Of a DNA stretch of 64,000 nucleotides, positions 13,790-26,704 are shown piece after piece. Origin of the DNA: Prorocentrum cordatum (lineage: Eukaryota); NCBI GenBank assembly GCA_963575745.1, contig CAUYUJ010000259.1, positions 62,001-126,000 of the forward strand, in the 5' to 3' direction. The position numbers and the translations under genes are program-made. Below the pieces are notes generated by a model, which was not told the DNA's origin, made no database searches, and saw only the letters and a list, made by a program, of their open reading frames with translations. Within the stretch, counting starts at the first letter, position 1. Each line of letters begins with the position of its first letter.

Positions 13790-13930
13790 TGATATGGCGA
13801 GCGTGCTCGCCAAGGTTCGTGCCGATATGGCGAGCATTGAGGATGATAGTTGCGGAATGGAGGCTGATCTGGCGAGCATGCTCGCCGAGGTTCGTGCCGA
13901 TATGGCGAGCATGCTCGCCAAGGTTCGTCT
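13790..13930. repeat. ~33-bp tandem repeat containing the palindrome GGCGAGCATGCTCGCC
   Basis: GATATGGCGAGCATGCTCGCC(A/G)AGGTTCGT occurs in about four copies; perfect 16-bp palindromes at 13871 and 13904. Confidence 0.8.
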
Positions 13931-16900
13931 GTTTCTGCCCATCGTCCCCCCGACCTCAGCATGGCCATCATCAGCAGCGTCGCCGTCGCCGACATCTACG
14001 TCGCTATCGGTGCGCGCGCTCTGTAACACGCACTTATATAGTGAGGCGCGCGGTGGCGGCGAGGCTCCAGCTCGCTAGCCGCGTGCTTCAAATGAAGTAC
14101 TCGCGGGGCCCCATGGCGCCCGCGGAGCATTTGCAACCGCGCCTCGATCTGGAGCCCCCCGACGGCGCGATGGCGAGCCAGCTGGCGAGCGGCGCGTGCT
14201 TGGCACGCGCTTGCACGCGCCGCTCGCCGAGTACAAGCTCCGCCAGGACGAGGGCCCGAATTCGGGTGAACCTCGCCGAGCGGGCGAAGCAGACCTGAGC
14301 GCGACGCTCCCCGTCCCCCTCCATACCACATGTGCGAACATTGTGTGGGAGCAGAGCTCTACTGCAACATGCATGTCTGCCCTCTCCGCCGAGCAGAGCT
14401 CGCGCAATGCCACCTCCATAAATCGTCACCCACCACTCCTTCCCCTTATCCCTCCCCCATGTACCCGCGGGGCGCCGCGCTCAGGCCCACCTCATCCGCG
14501 CGGCGAGGTTCACCTTCGGGTCTTCGCCCCTGAGGGGCTGCAGGTGCTCGGCGAAGGGCGCGTGCAACGCGCGCGACGCGCCCGCCAGCTGGTCCACCAT
14601 CGCGCCGCCGAGGAAGTCCTCGATCAAGCGCGGCGCCGAGTGCTCCGCGGGCGCCATGGCGCCCCACGGGTACTTCAGCCGCGCGATCTTCGCGAGTTTC
14701 TCGTCGCTCGCGGCGCCAGCTCCCCAAGCGGCGGGGCGGCGCGCCGGGCGAGGGGCCATGGCGGGCGAAGCCGGCCTCGAACGGGGGGGTGGATGCACGC
14801 AAACGCGCCAAGCCTCGAGCACGACGAGGCGGCGAATGCATCCAAAATCAATTCATGTGCGAGGTGCGCTCGCGTACAATCGTATGAATACAGCGCATGT
14901 GGTCGCATGTGACAGCATGACATGCGCACGTACTTGCATCGCGAATCGCGTCATATGCAACCAACGGTCGCACGATTGCAGCGCGCGTGATCACGCGTGA
15001 CAGCGCGGGATGGCGGAATGGGCGAGCAACGCTCGCGAGCATGTGTACATGCGCCCACATTTTTTCACGGCCGCTTGCGGTCGTCGAATGGCGCATGCGC
15101 CGCGTCTTCGCTATGCGCAGTGGCGCATTGCATGCTCTGGGGCTTCACGAGCTTCAGAGCCGAGTCGCCCTTAAGGGCGACCCACCGCCCGCGCGATAAG
15201 GCCTCGTATTGCATGCGCTGAACGAAGGCCAGGTCCACGCCGTCTACCTCGACGAGCTCATGGACCTTCCCGAACTCGACGTTGCCCGCCTCTCGGTTCG
15301 ATCGTTTACGCGCGACGCGCCGCAGACGCCGAGAGAGAATTCGCGCGTGCATCACTGACATGCGAGAAGCCAGCATTTCCGAAGACTGTCGGCGTGCGAA
15401 GAACGCCGCGCAAAGTAGCGGTCGGCGCAGCGATGGCGACGATCCGATGGAGGATCGATGGGCGATCGACGGGTTGATATCGGAAGCGATTACACAGCAT
15501 AGGCGCGTGAAAAGCACGCGATTGGAATCGTTGAGGGCGCGCGCATCACGCCGCGTGGGCAAGGGTCATGGCGCCGGCGGCGGCGACGGGGTCGATGGGG
15601 GAGGGGCGAAGTGGAGGGTGATGCACGCGAAGCGGTCGAGGGGCCGCGCAGCTGCACCGCTGCGCCGCCAGGCGCTCTTATACTGGCGAGCGCGCGAGCC
15701 TGTCGCTCGAGCCGCGCTCGCAGGGGACGGCGAGCGAGGACGAGCTTGTCGCTCCAGCCTCGCCCGCAAGTGGCGGCGAGCGGGGGGCCTGTCGCTCCAG
15801 CCTCGCTCGCAAGTCGACGCCGTCGTCGTCGTCGACGTCGTCGCCCCTCGTCGTCGTCCTCCTGCTCCTCCTCCTGCTGCCGCTCCCCCTCTACCTCCTC
15901 CTCCTCCTCCTCCCCCCCCCTCCGACGTCGGCGGGCCCCGCTCAGAGGGCGGGCCCATATGGGCCCGCGCGCGGCCCCGCGGCGGCGCGCGCGGCCGCTT
16001 CTGCCTTCAACAGCCTCGCGGGCGGCGCCTTGGGCTGCGGCGCGCCAGGAGGCGTCGGCGGCGGCGCAGCCCGCTGCTCGAAGGTGGCCACCGCCGCCCT
16101 ATGGCGGGATGCAGCGCGCTGCTGCTGCGCGAGCTCGCGCGCCGCGGCCTGGCTCGCCGCCTCCTCAGCGCGGCGAACCATCCGCGCCTCCGCCTGCAGC
16201 CCTCGGCGGTGGAAGCCGCGAGCCCAGCCCTGCTCCTGGCGCTCCTGCAGCGCCTCGCGGGGGCCCTGCAGGCGCTCCTCCCCCGCGCGCTCTTCCGCCT
16301 CGTTGAAGGCTGCCTGTGGGAGAAGCGGGATGAATGAGAAGGAGGAGGAGGATTAATGAGACGAGTTCAGGGGAGGGCGAGGAGGGGGTAGGGGGGGCGA
16401 GCGGTGCTCACAGGGGGAAGGGCAGGCGCCTGCGCCATGAACGGCGGCGCCTGCAGCCCGCGCACGCGGGCGACCGCCTCCATGCGCTCGCGCAGCACTT
16501 CCCCCTCCCCCCTCGCCTGGCGCGCCGCGACGGTCTCCGCGTGGGCGGATTCCGACGCCGTCGCCACCAGCTGCGCCATCCCGACCAGGGCCTGGTCCTG
16601 CGCCGCCTCGCTGGCCCTGACGCTGACCAGCGTCTGCTGGTCAGCGTGGTGCTGGTTCCTGAGCGCCAGCTGCCGGCGCCCTTCCTGCTCCTCGCGGCAG
16701 TGGGGCTCCGCGAAGCGCAACTCGCGGACCGTATCCACGATGTGCTGCACCTCCAGGCGCGAGACGCGCGCCTCCTGGCGTGCGTGAAGGGAGGATAAAG
16801 GGAAGCAGACACGTATAGATCATCATCGGTTTGTTCGGGGAGAGCAACGCTCCGTCTGACCAATCCACTGAGATACACACCCTTCAGCGAGCTAGCTCGC

Positions 16901-18115
16901 AAGCATGCGTGCATGCATAGAGACACGCGCCTCTTGGAGCTCGTACCGCAGCTCAGCAGCGTCGAAGTCTCCGTGTGCTCGGCCCTGCGGGGGGGGGGGG
17001 TCGTGACGTCGGTGGGGGGGTGGGTGGGCGGGGGGGGGGGGTTGATCTGATGTCCGGCTCGATCGAGCAAAGCTCGCGATTAATAACGCACGCGAGAACA
17101 GCTCGCTAGACAAAACGTCATACACCGATGGATGTGGTGGTGGGGTACTATATTGTTAACGCCCGATGCGGCGGCGGCGACGGCGGCGGCGGGAACTCGC
17201 GCTGCGCGGCGACCTCCTCGAAGCCGCGCTGCGACCGCTCTGCGCGCCGCCGCGCGGAGTGCTGCCACCTGTCGGCGCGGGCGGTCGCATCCTCGGCGCG
17301 GGCGGCCATCTCCGCCGCCTCTGGGGCGAAGGCCGCCCAGTTCAAGCGGCCGATGGCCGCCTCCAGGCGGCCGCGCTGCCCGCCCGCGCTGGCGCTGCCG
17401 CGGGGGGGGGGGGGGGGGGGGGGCGGCGCCTGCGGCGAGGGGGGGCGCGCGCCTGCGGCCGCGGGCGGCGGCGGCGGCGATGCCATGGCGCGCAGCAGGG
17501 CGCGCGGCGGAGCCGAGGGGCGGGGGGGGGCAGGGGGCGCGCCTATAGGGTCGACTCGACCTCCGCCCCTGTGGCCGAGCGGCAGCGGAGTGAAGTAGAT
17601 TGAACGGAGTGGGGGGTGAAGACGAGAGGGGCGAGACTACGGGAAGACGAGGGGGGTGAAAACGAGATTGAAGGCGAGAAGATTGAAGTAGGGTGAGCGA
17701 AGAAGAAGATTGACGGAGATAATATTGAAGGAGAGAAGGAATGAAGGAAGGAGAGACGAATGTGAATTGTTGCCCTGCGCTCCCCCTCCACCCACCCTGC
17801 TTCCGAGCCTGGATGATGACCGCGTCGCCGGGGCGCGCCGTGCCGCGATCGAGAGCCGCGGCGGAGCTCGCGCGCGCAGTGGCGTCACCAAATATCCGCT
17901 CGTCCAACGCACGGTAAGACAAAATGCCAATGCATGATGGGTCGCATCTCATGGCGAGCGTCGCTCGACATCATTCGTAAGATGATCTACGTGCAGCGGG
18001 AAATGCGATGAGCCTTATGGATTTCCCGCATGACTTTCTGGCGCATGGCCCGCGGCGGGCTGGGCTTGATCAGACCGCGTATGGTCTCCTGTGCAGTTGG
18101 AGATTCACCGAAGCA

Positions 18116-20306
18116 TCAGCCGACACTTTCATCAGCGAGCGCTGCTCGCTGCGCCACCCCACCGCCGATGTCATCAGCGAGCGTTGCTCGCTGCGCCACT
18201 TCCGCGTCGCAGAGCTGCCACAACCCGAAGAACGCCATCTCCCCCATTGCGCCGAGCTCGAAGGAGGTGGGCGCGCGGCGCGGCCGCAAGTACCGCTTGA
18301 CTACGCGGTGCTTGCGCTCCATCGTCATGGTTGCGACGGGGAAGCCGTGGCGGTGCATCTGGAGTGGGTGGTGGAGGGCGGAATGGTGTTTTGGTCGAAA
18401 TGCTACAGCACCATGCGCCTCCTTGAACAATCCGCGCGTCAATTGGTGCGACCCCCAGCGCATCCGATGGACCGAGCAATGCTCGCCGATAAACATGTGC
18501 GGTAGCAGCAGGCTGTCGCAGCACTCACTGAGTGAATCGCCGACATGCTACTTGAACTTACGACGAGCAACGCTCGCTGCATAAGCTGACACTGGAAGTT
18601 CGTGCAGAACGTATGCGTCCAGATGCCGCTTGGTCGCGGCCGCTAGCTGCGACGGTCGCACCATGCCCGCGTTGCGTGCGGCCATCAGCAGCTCCAGCAC
18701 GTCGAAGGCAGCCAACATGCTCCGCACCCTTCGGCTCGTCGGAGCGCGTCATCACTACCTGTCCAACGCGCGTGGGGCCCCGATGGGATAGTTCATCCAT
18801 CATGACAGGTACCGCACCTCCCCGACCCATATATCCTCCCATACCTCCCTCCCATGCGGCGCGCGTGCGTGCCACCTCGCGCAGATATCGCGATGCGATT
18901 TGCGCAAGCGTGCAGAACTCGCCGCAATCGCTCTGGAACTTCTCGTTCTTCAGGGCGCTGCGGATCTTGTTCGGCTCGAATAGCGAGCTGAGGCGCGGAA
19001 ATACGCGCGGCGGCGCGATCGCACGCGCGAGCTCGCCGAGCTCGGCGTAGGACGCGACCGTCCTACAGGATGACATGAAGGTGCCGAACTCGGCGTGGCA
19101 GATGCCATCCTGCTGGTCGGTGCGCGACCAGTCGTACATGATTGATTGCGACGGCCGAACCAGCATGTCCCCGATGAGCTGGTACGGGGTGTGCGAGAAG
19201 CCGTTGTGCAGAGCGACGCGATCGTCCAACGGGTTCTCCTGGGCGCGCCGCACGGCATCGACGATGGTCTCGTCGGTGTGCAACCTAAGTTGGCGAGCTC
19301 ATACCGATCGCGCCAGCGTCGACCGTGCGAGCTTCGCTCGCCATCCCGATTGCGATCCGACCACAGCCTGGCGCGAGCGACGCTTGCGTCACGGGGTGCA
19401 CCCCGCAATGCTAATCTGGAGAAGCCGGTCTCCGCGATGCTGGCGATCCAGTCGCCGTGCTGGTGGGGCCCATTTCCTCGCTCGGCACGTGGGTGCGTGT
19501 GAAGCGCGCGATTGTGACGCCATGCGCAAGGTTTCGCGCCACTATGTCCCTTGGATGCCAGTATCTCCTTGATACCAGGCTCGTCGCCCGCAATAACGGC
19601 GAGCTCCAAGAAGACGCGGACCTGGCGCCCCCCCTTGATCACCAAGTTGATGCTGACGTCGGGCACGTCGGTCCCCGTGCGCTCGAAGAACCACTTGATG
19701 CACTCGTGGGCAACCTGCGTCAGCTGGCCCTCGGCCTTCGCACAGACATGCTGTCGGACGCCGCATATTGTCAGCCAGCTATGTTCGCGCCCAAGTGCCA
19801 GCGGACCGAATCCGCCGACAGCCACATGCATGGCGCACCAGAAGCACCAGCGGTACGAGCGTAGCTCGCCGATCTACTGATATCACCGTTGACCTTGGCG
19901 GAGTTGGGCAAAGCCGTGCGTTATTCCATACTCGACCAATAGAAGAGGCCAGACTTACGCGCGTGGCTCTTCGAGGTGGCGTCACTGGGGTTCACGCCGT
20001 CTAGGCCCGCGCGCCTCATTGTCGAGGCAGGGTGGCGTGCATGGCGCGCGATGCCAGCAGCGCTCGCTCCCTGCTGCGAGCAAAGCCCGCGTTAGAGACG
20101 TGGCGGCGGGAGGTCAATGAGACGGATGAATGCAACACGATCGACCACGGCTTCTCGCGACTACACTGCGTCGCGTCGAAGGTCGCCGCCAGCAGGTCAG
20201 AGAAGTGCGTGTTGCGTTCCGTGACATAGTGCAGCATCTCCAGTGGGTTCTGGATCGCGATGTGCACGCTTTCGCATGAATCAATGGTCAGGGGCGCAGA
20301 CCCCAC
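18116..20306 (-). pseudogene. Decayed, intron-containing CACTA/EnSpm (CMC; Plavaka-like) DDE transposase
   Basis: Minus-strand motifs in order: KPWSIVL; LDGVNPSD...RKSGLFYWSSME (~20003-19923); FGPLALGREHSW; AGDEPGIKEILASKGHSGAKPC; IMYDW; RPKHHSALHH...GF....MERKHRVVK. These match the DG, D.PA..KG..G..CxxC, DxMH and PKxHxxxH..ER pattern of CMC transposases. The CxxC and DxMH motifs are eroded. Confidence 0.75.
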
Positions 20307-20900
20307 GAGTCTACCATGCGCACCGCGCGCTTGGCACTGCGCCTTGCGCGCGCGGTGCTGGGCGCCCCTGGTTTCAGGGGCGTCGCCGCTACCAGCAAGA
20401 TTAAGTCCGCTGGGCCAGCGCGTTGCAACCGCGATGCTGGCATACGGTACGACATGTCACTATGCACATGTATTGCGCGAGCCAAACTCGCACATGCTGT
20501 TGAGGAGCGGGTGCCGCAAGGCAGTCGGATAGATGTGTGATCGCGCGCTGGCTGGCCCAGCTCTCTTTCCCCAGCCGCAGCGCCTTCCACACCTGCGTTT
20601 CTCGTGGTCAATCGAAGGGCGCTTTGGCATGACAGTCCATGCGGCGCGCGCGGTGCGTCAACATGCGTCCACCTTGGACCAAGCCTACGGAATGTATCGC
20701 GCGGTCGCCAGACGAGCATAGCTCGCTGAACCTTAACAAGGTAGCATTGGGTGGGGAGCTGGTGGCATTGATGACGATGGGAAGTGCGCAGTAAAGCGAG
20801 TGCACTGCAGTTGAACTGACATGCGTTTTCGGTGGCAGTCGCGCAACGCACGCACTGCCGTCGCGCGGGCACCGCCGCGCAGCCGCGCCCGCGGGCGCGA

Positions 20901-22893
20901 CTACTCTGGGGGGCCCCAGCGCTCAATCCACATGGTCTTGAGCTTGCGGTACCACTCGCGCGCCACGCCCGTGGCGGTGTCGCGTGAGAAGCCCTCCTTC
21001 TTCATGCCCTTGCGGACCTTTTGGCAGCCCCACGACTGGGAGACGGCCATCGTGGATGACGTCTCCAGCTTCTCCTCCACCTGGGCGGTGTCGAGCTGTC
21101 CCGCCCAGGCGGCGGGGATGGATTGTTTGCCGGCCAGCCGCCGCCGCGCGCGAAGCGCGCGCGCCGCTCCCGTCGGGGAAGCGGCGGCGGCGGCTGGGCG
21201 CAGCATGGGCGCCGCTGCCGCCGCGCTCCCCGCCGCTGCGGGGCGGCGCTTGGCCGCCGCAGCGCTGAGGTGGCTGTCGTGGGCCGGTTTGAACCGCTCC
21301 TCAATCTCCCTGACAGAGGCTGCGGCGGCGACTGATGCGACCGCTGTCTCGCCTGGCCCCTCCCTCCACGCACCGAGGACGGCGCGGGGGCCGAGGTCCG
21401 TCTTCGTCAACACGCCGAAGCTGTTGATGTTCACGGCAGCGGGGCATGCCCGCTCCACATCAGCAGGCGGTGCCGCAGAAGCAGGCGATGCCAGCTCTGG
21501 CTGCTCGTGCTTCACCTCCTGTGTCACATCCTGCTTTGCTTGTCCTCGTCGTCATCCTTCTTCTCGGCCTTCACATATTCCTTTTTTGGTTTCTTGTGCT
21601 CGCTGGCGATCTGATCTCTGGTCGCCTGGCGGTGCTGTTCTGGCGCCGCGTCCAGAAACGCGGGGTCTTTCTGGCGATTCAGCTTTTCAGCGCGGCAGCT
21701 GAACGGCAGGATCGCGTCCAGCTCTGGGATCCGCGCTGTCCATTGCATGGGCCAATCACGGCGCGTAATGCGGCGACGCATGCCAGCGAGCGACGCTCGC
21801 ACGCCTCACCAAAGCGAGCGCTACATGCGCCTGAGAGCGACGCTTAATATACAATACCACCCCTACATTTTACCCCCGCTTCCCGACGTAGACCGCACGG
21901 GAAATATGTCGCGTCAGTGCCGTGTATGTTGACTGATGGCGGCAGCTTCGCGTCGCCGCACGCGAAGCGGCGGGTCGCGTCGTCGAGCTCGCTCAGCTCG
22001 CCGTGCACCAAGATGCGCTGCAGACTGGGGTCACGAGGTCGCTCCTTGGCACACGTGTTGGTGATCGGCCCCAATGGCGCTTTGTGCTTCAGCGCGTCAT
22101 CGCGCGAGAACTCAAGGTTCAAGGCATACGCCATCGCCGCGACCAGGCGAAACACGGTGCCCTCGCACGGCTTGAACAGCCCGATGCGCCACGCTCGGTT
22201 GGCTAAAATACGCATCCCCGCGCTATAATGGGGGGGCCACGCTGGCGAGGACCTGCCGAAGTTGCGAGCAAAGCCCGTGCCGCGCACAACATGCAACGGT
22301 GCAGCATATGGCGTTCTGGGATCAGCGGCACGCGTGGGAACAAGCCCAGCGTATCGCACGTAGCGTGGACGATGGGCTTCGAGCGGAGCTTCGCCCACTC
22401 CTCCTGGGTGGTGTGGTTCTCGAACCTGAGGGTGTGCGAGCAAACCTCGCATATTGTCTGACACCATCGCGAGCGAAGCTCGCTTGCGCAGTTGTATACA
22501 TGGCACGGGGGTGCACATTATTCGCACGATGTGCCTCAAGCAGTGCTGGTGCGGCTGCTTGGCGGTCTTCGTGGGGCTGGCGCCGATCGTCTCGACGATA
22601 TTCCGAAGTCCGTTCTGCTGGCGATCGGACCACAGACCGATGTCGATGGCCGTGACCAGATCCTGTACGGTCGCGGCGTCGGGCCCGACTAGCTTGGCCA
22701 GGCGGGCGTTGAGAGCGATGTACAGCTTGGCGATAGTTCGCTCCCGCTCGCCGCCGAGGGTGCCCACCGGCGAGCCCGCGTCGCGGAGCTCGTGCTCGAG
22801 CTCGTGCGCGAGCTCGAGCGCGGTCGCGGGCATGGTCCTCCGCCGCGCCCGCGGTGATGTCGGTCCACGGAGCGCGCGGGCTGTGGCGGCCAC
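20901..22893 (-). pseudogene. Uncharacterised transposon cargo gene (multi-exon, probably decayed)
   Basis: Protein-like segments: LAHELEHELRDAG...QHCLR|FENHTTQEEWAKLR; ANRAWRIGLFKPCEGTVFRLVAAMAY; C-terminal KKEGFSRDTATGVAREWYRK. A clean in-frame GC-AG intron lies at 22534-22426 (AG|GC donor, CAG|G acceptor). Confidence 0.55.
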
Positions 22894-23434
22894 TCACTCG
22901 GGCCACCAAACGGCTGCCAAATTCGGCAGTGAGCGAAGCTCACAGGCATGTGTTTGCGACGCAAGAGAGGGTTGTGCTGACAGCGCGAGCATAGCTCGCA
23001 ATTGAGCCCGAGGTGATTCGCAATACCGCAACTGCGAGCATGCTCGCAGTTGCACGTGGCAAACACTAAAACCATTGTGGTGCTTATGCTGGATGGTTGA
23101 CACATGATCGGCGTGGAGAAGAATGAGGCAGAAAGGGGGCGACATTTCTGCCTAGCGCGGCACTGCTCTTACCTCCATCCGCGGAGCACTGGCACGCGGG
23201 CGCCTATGCAAGACTGGGTGGACAGGCGAGGTAGTGACGCATTTGCTGATGTATTTATGCGCACGGTGGCGGTGTCACGATCGTGTGTAACAGCGCATTT
23301 GCACATGTACACACGACGACGCCGTTACCGCACGCATGAAACACGACGACGGTATGCCGCATACGTAGGGAGTATGTCTTTGCATCGCTTGTGAAATCAA
23401 ATTGACAAATAACGAACCAGAAACACACAATTCG

Positions 23435-23700
23435 AAACTGCAATGTATAGCAAGCTATACGTTGCAGATCTGCAATGTATAGCAAGCTTCACGTTGCAGA
23501 TCTGCAATGTATAGCAACCTTTACATTGCAGATCTGCAGTGTATAACAATCTATACTTTGCAGGCTTGCAATCTATAGCTTGCTATAGTTGTGTAGTAAC
23601 AGATGCTTCTGAGCGAGCTATACATTGCAGATCTGCAATGTAGTGCTTGCTGTACATTGCAGATCTGCAATGTATAGCTTGCTATACATTGCAGTGTCGC
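23435..23700. repeat. Tandem array (~30-bp period) of the palindrome ACATTGCAGATCTGCAATGT
   Basis: Perfect 22-bp palindrome TACATTGCAGATCTGCAATGTA at 23621-23642; further copies at ~23459, ~23491, ~23523 and ~23653. Confidence 0.9.
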
Positions 23701-24983
23701 AGTGGTTTTGATCGTGACCTGATTTCGTAACTCAAAAAAACTGAAACGCAACCAATCAAAACTCACAGATCAGATATCTAACGCAGTGTGCGGCATATCA
23801 CGTCATCGTCGTCGGACTAGCGCGCGCCACACCAAATTGAGAAGCGCATGGTGTGGCGCGCGGAAATTAGCTGGCGGCCGTGGCTCTGATGTCGACATCG
23901 TCGACGTGGTCGCTATCGTCATATGTCTCATCGTCGTCAACATTATGATCGTTGTCGCCGCCATCGTCGTCGCCATCGTCGTATCAGCATCGATGACGTC
24001 TGTGTCGTCGTTGGTGTCGTCGTTCTAGCATCGTCGCATTAACCGTTATCGTCGTAGTCGTCACTGTCGTCGACATTGTCGTTGCCGTCGGTGGCGTGGA
24101 GGAGGAGGATGGCTCACCACGCGCGCCGCCGCCGCCGCGGCCGCGCGCGCCGCCGCCGCCGCGGCCGCCGTGGCTCGCCACGCGCGCCGCCAGCGCGCCG
24201 CTCAGCGCGCCGCTCAGCGCGCCGCTCAGCGCTCAGCGCCAGCCGCCGCCGCCGCGGCCGCCGCCGAGGCCGCCGCCGCGGCCGCCGCCGAGGCCGCCGC
24301 CGAGGTCCGAGCGCCAGCCGCCGCCGCTGGTGCGACACTCATTTGTATGTGTCGCACCAGTCCGCGTAGCTGATGCTGCGCTGCGCGCGGTTGCGCCGCG
24401 ACGCAACATGCGGCGGCGGCTGGCGCTCGGGGGTGGCCGCGCCCACCGTGCCGCGCGGCGCGGGGCGGCTGCGGCTGCGGCTCGGCGCAGCACCGCCCGC
24501 GCTGCTGCTCGCCGCAGTCGGCCTCGTCGGTGCAGCGCCGCCCCCGCGCCGCGGCGGCGTCGTTGGCCTCCTCGGCGGCGGCGTGCGCGGCGGCGGCACG
24601 CGGCGCCTGGTCGTGGGCGCAGTGGTCGGGCGCGGCTTCGGCGCTGGCGGCGGCGGCGGCGGCGGTGGCGCTGGCGGCGCCGCCGTGCCCGCAGCCTGGG
24701 CGACATAGTCCGATGGCGACCGCAACGAGCTATGCTCAATGCGACCGCCATCGGAAGACACGGCGCACACGAACAATGCTCGCGCGACACAACGCGACAG
24801 GACGACTGACTTGCATTGGCGACCGCCGCGGCGCCAGAGCCCTGCGCCAAGGCGGCCTTGATCTCCTGCAGGCGCGCAGCCGCCGCCCGCTCGCCGCCGC
24901 GGGTCTTGGCCCGTGGGATATGCAAAGGCCCCGCCCCCCCCCCCGCCCAAACAAAAAAAAACACTCACGACAATCTCCCAGTA

Positions 24984-25058
24984 GGGGTGGGGTAGGATGA
25001 CGCCACTTGGGGGTGGGGCGATGCCAAACCCCCAAGTGGTGTAAGCCTACCCCACCCC
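24984..25058. repeat. 75-bp foldback (inverted repeat)
   Basis: GGGGTGGGGTAGGATGACGCCACTTGGGGGT pairs with ACCCCCAAGTGGTGTAAGCCTACCCCACCCC with about three mismatches. Confidence 0.75.
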
Positions 25059-25878
25059 CTCCTCCGATATCATTTCCACATGGCGAGCGATGCTCACCAA
25101 ACTCACCCATCCCCCGACTTTGTTACCCCCTGCGGCCTTCCTGAACGTGACCTTGAAGGTGCTGTTCAGGTAGGCGCCGAAGGCGCCCGAGGTGGTCTCC
25201 GCCCAACGCCACCCCGTGGGCGGCGGCACGGGCACGCCGTACCGCGTGGGCGGCCGCGCCCCGACGTCCTCCTCCTGCGGGGGGCCGGCCGACTGGCGGA
25301 ACTGCGGCGGGTCGTCGCCGTGCTTCCACCGCTCGAGCGGCCCCTCCTCGGGCGCGACGGGCGCGCGGCCCTCGGTCGCGGGCGGCAGGTCCTACGATCG
25401 CAACTATCAACGACCTGGCCGATCACATCCGCGATCGAAGATCGCGGCGGCGATCGGCAATTTCGTTGGTAAGCATATATACGAACACCAGCGAGTTTAA
25501 AGCTCGCAGTGGGCTCGTATATATACATATATGTGGAGGGTGATGTACATTTGATACCCGCTGTCCTCCCACATCACCTGCGGGTCGCCGTGCCTGGCCC
25601 TCTCGAGCCCCGCCGCGTCCACCTGCCCGATGGTCTCGCCCTGCTGGGGCAGGGCGACCGCGCGTGTAACGCACGCGATGCTGACGCATACCATGCACGA
25701 GCAACGCTCGCACACGGTCTGCGTGAGCTTGAACGACATCGACCGAGCGAAGCTCGCGACACGTCTATGTAAGCCTTGAGCCCGTCGCCAGTCTCCGCCA
25801 GCGGGAACTCCTCCAGCCAGTCGCCAGTCTCCGCCTCGGGCGCCTGCTGGAGCGCGCAATGGCCACAGTTGGGACACC

Positions 25879-26028
25879 CCCATGCCCCGATGCGATCACA
25901 TCGGCGTCGCAACCCAACTGCTACTACCAGATCTCTGTCATCCCATACTGACTCGTCAGTACGGGATGGCGGCGATCTTGTAGGAGCGCGTGGGTTGCGA
26001 CGCCGATGTGATCGCATCGGGACATGGG
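25879..26028. mobile_element. 150-bp MITE with 38-bp TIRs
   Basis: CCCATGCCCCGATGCGATCACATCGGCGTCGCAACCCA (25879-25916) matches the reverse complement of 25991-26028 at 37/38 positions. The interior also folds back. Confidence 0.8.
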
Positions 26029-26704
26029 CGCGGCCACTCGGTGGTCATCACACCCTCGCTGGCCTCGCCACCAGCGTCGGCAGGCTCCGAGACACCGCAT
26101 GGGGTCCTGTGAGCTCGGAGAAAGGCGGGGTGGGGAGGGGCGTCCCGCCGAGCGTCATCCTCTTCATCGTCCTCAACATCCTCATCCTCATCATCCTGCT
26201 CATCATCATCCCCCCATTCTCCGCTCCGCCTTCTCCTCTGATCACCCGTCTCCGCTCGTCCGCCTCCGCTCCTCCTCCTTCTCATCCTCTTCCGAGCCTC
26301 TCCCCCCCCCCGCTCCTCCTCCGCCGCTCCGTCTCATCCCCTGATTATCTTCCCCATCCTCCTCCTTCTTCTACTGCTCCCCCCGTCCTCCTTATGCTCC
26401 TCCTCCTGCTCCTCCACTATCCATGCCGATGCCATCCACCGCGGCAGTCCTGCGTCGCACCCCGCGGCAGTGGCGCGGGTTGCTGGCTGTGGCGCCGCGG
26501 CGGTTTCACCGCTGGCGCGCGCGGCGCCGCGCTGGTGCTCGCAGCACCTGCGAGAGCAGCCGGTCCCCGCGCTTCCTCCTGGGGATGCGGATGTCATGCC
26601 AACATGCGCGATGCACGTGTGTGAAGGCATGCATGCGTGCCTCCACATACGCGCACCGCCTGCACGCGGGTCTGCCCGCACGTAATGGCGAGAATGCTTT
26701 CCGA

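Noticed and set aside
15000..17600. Ala/Arg/Glu-rich minus-strand segments, possibly a coiled-coil cargo gene
   Set aside because: Plausible, but no motif or consistent exon structure could be established by eye.
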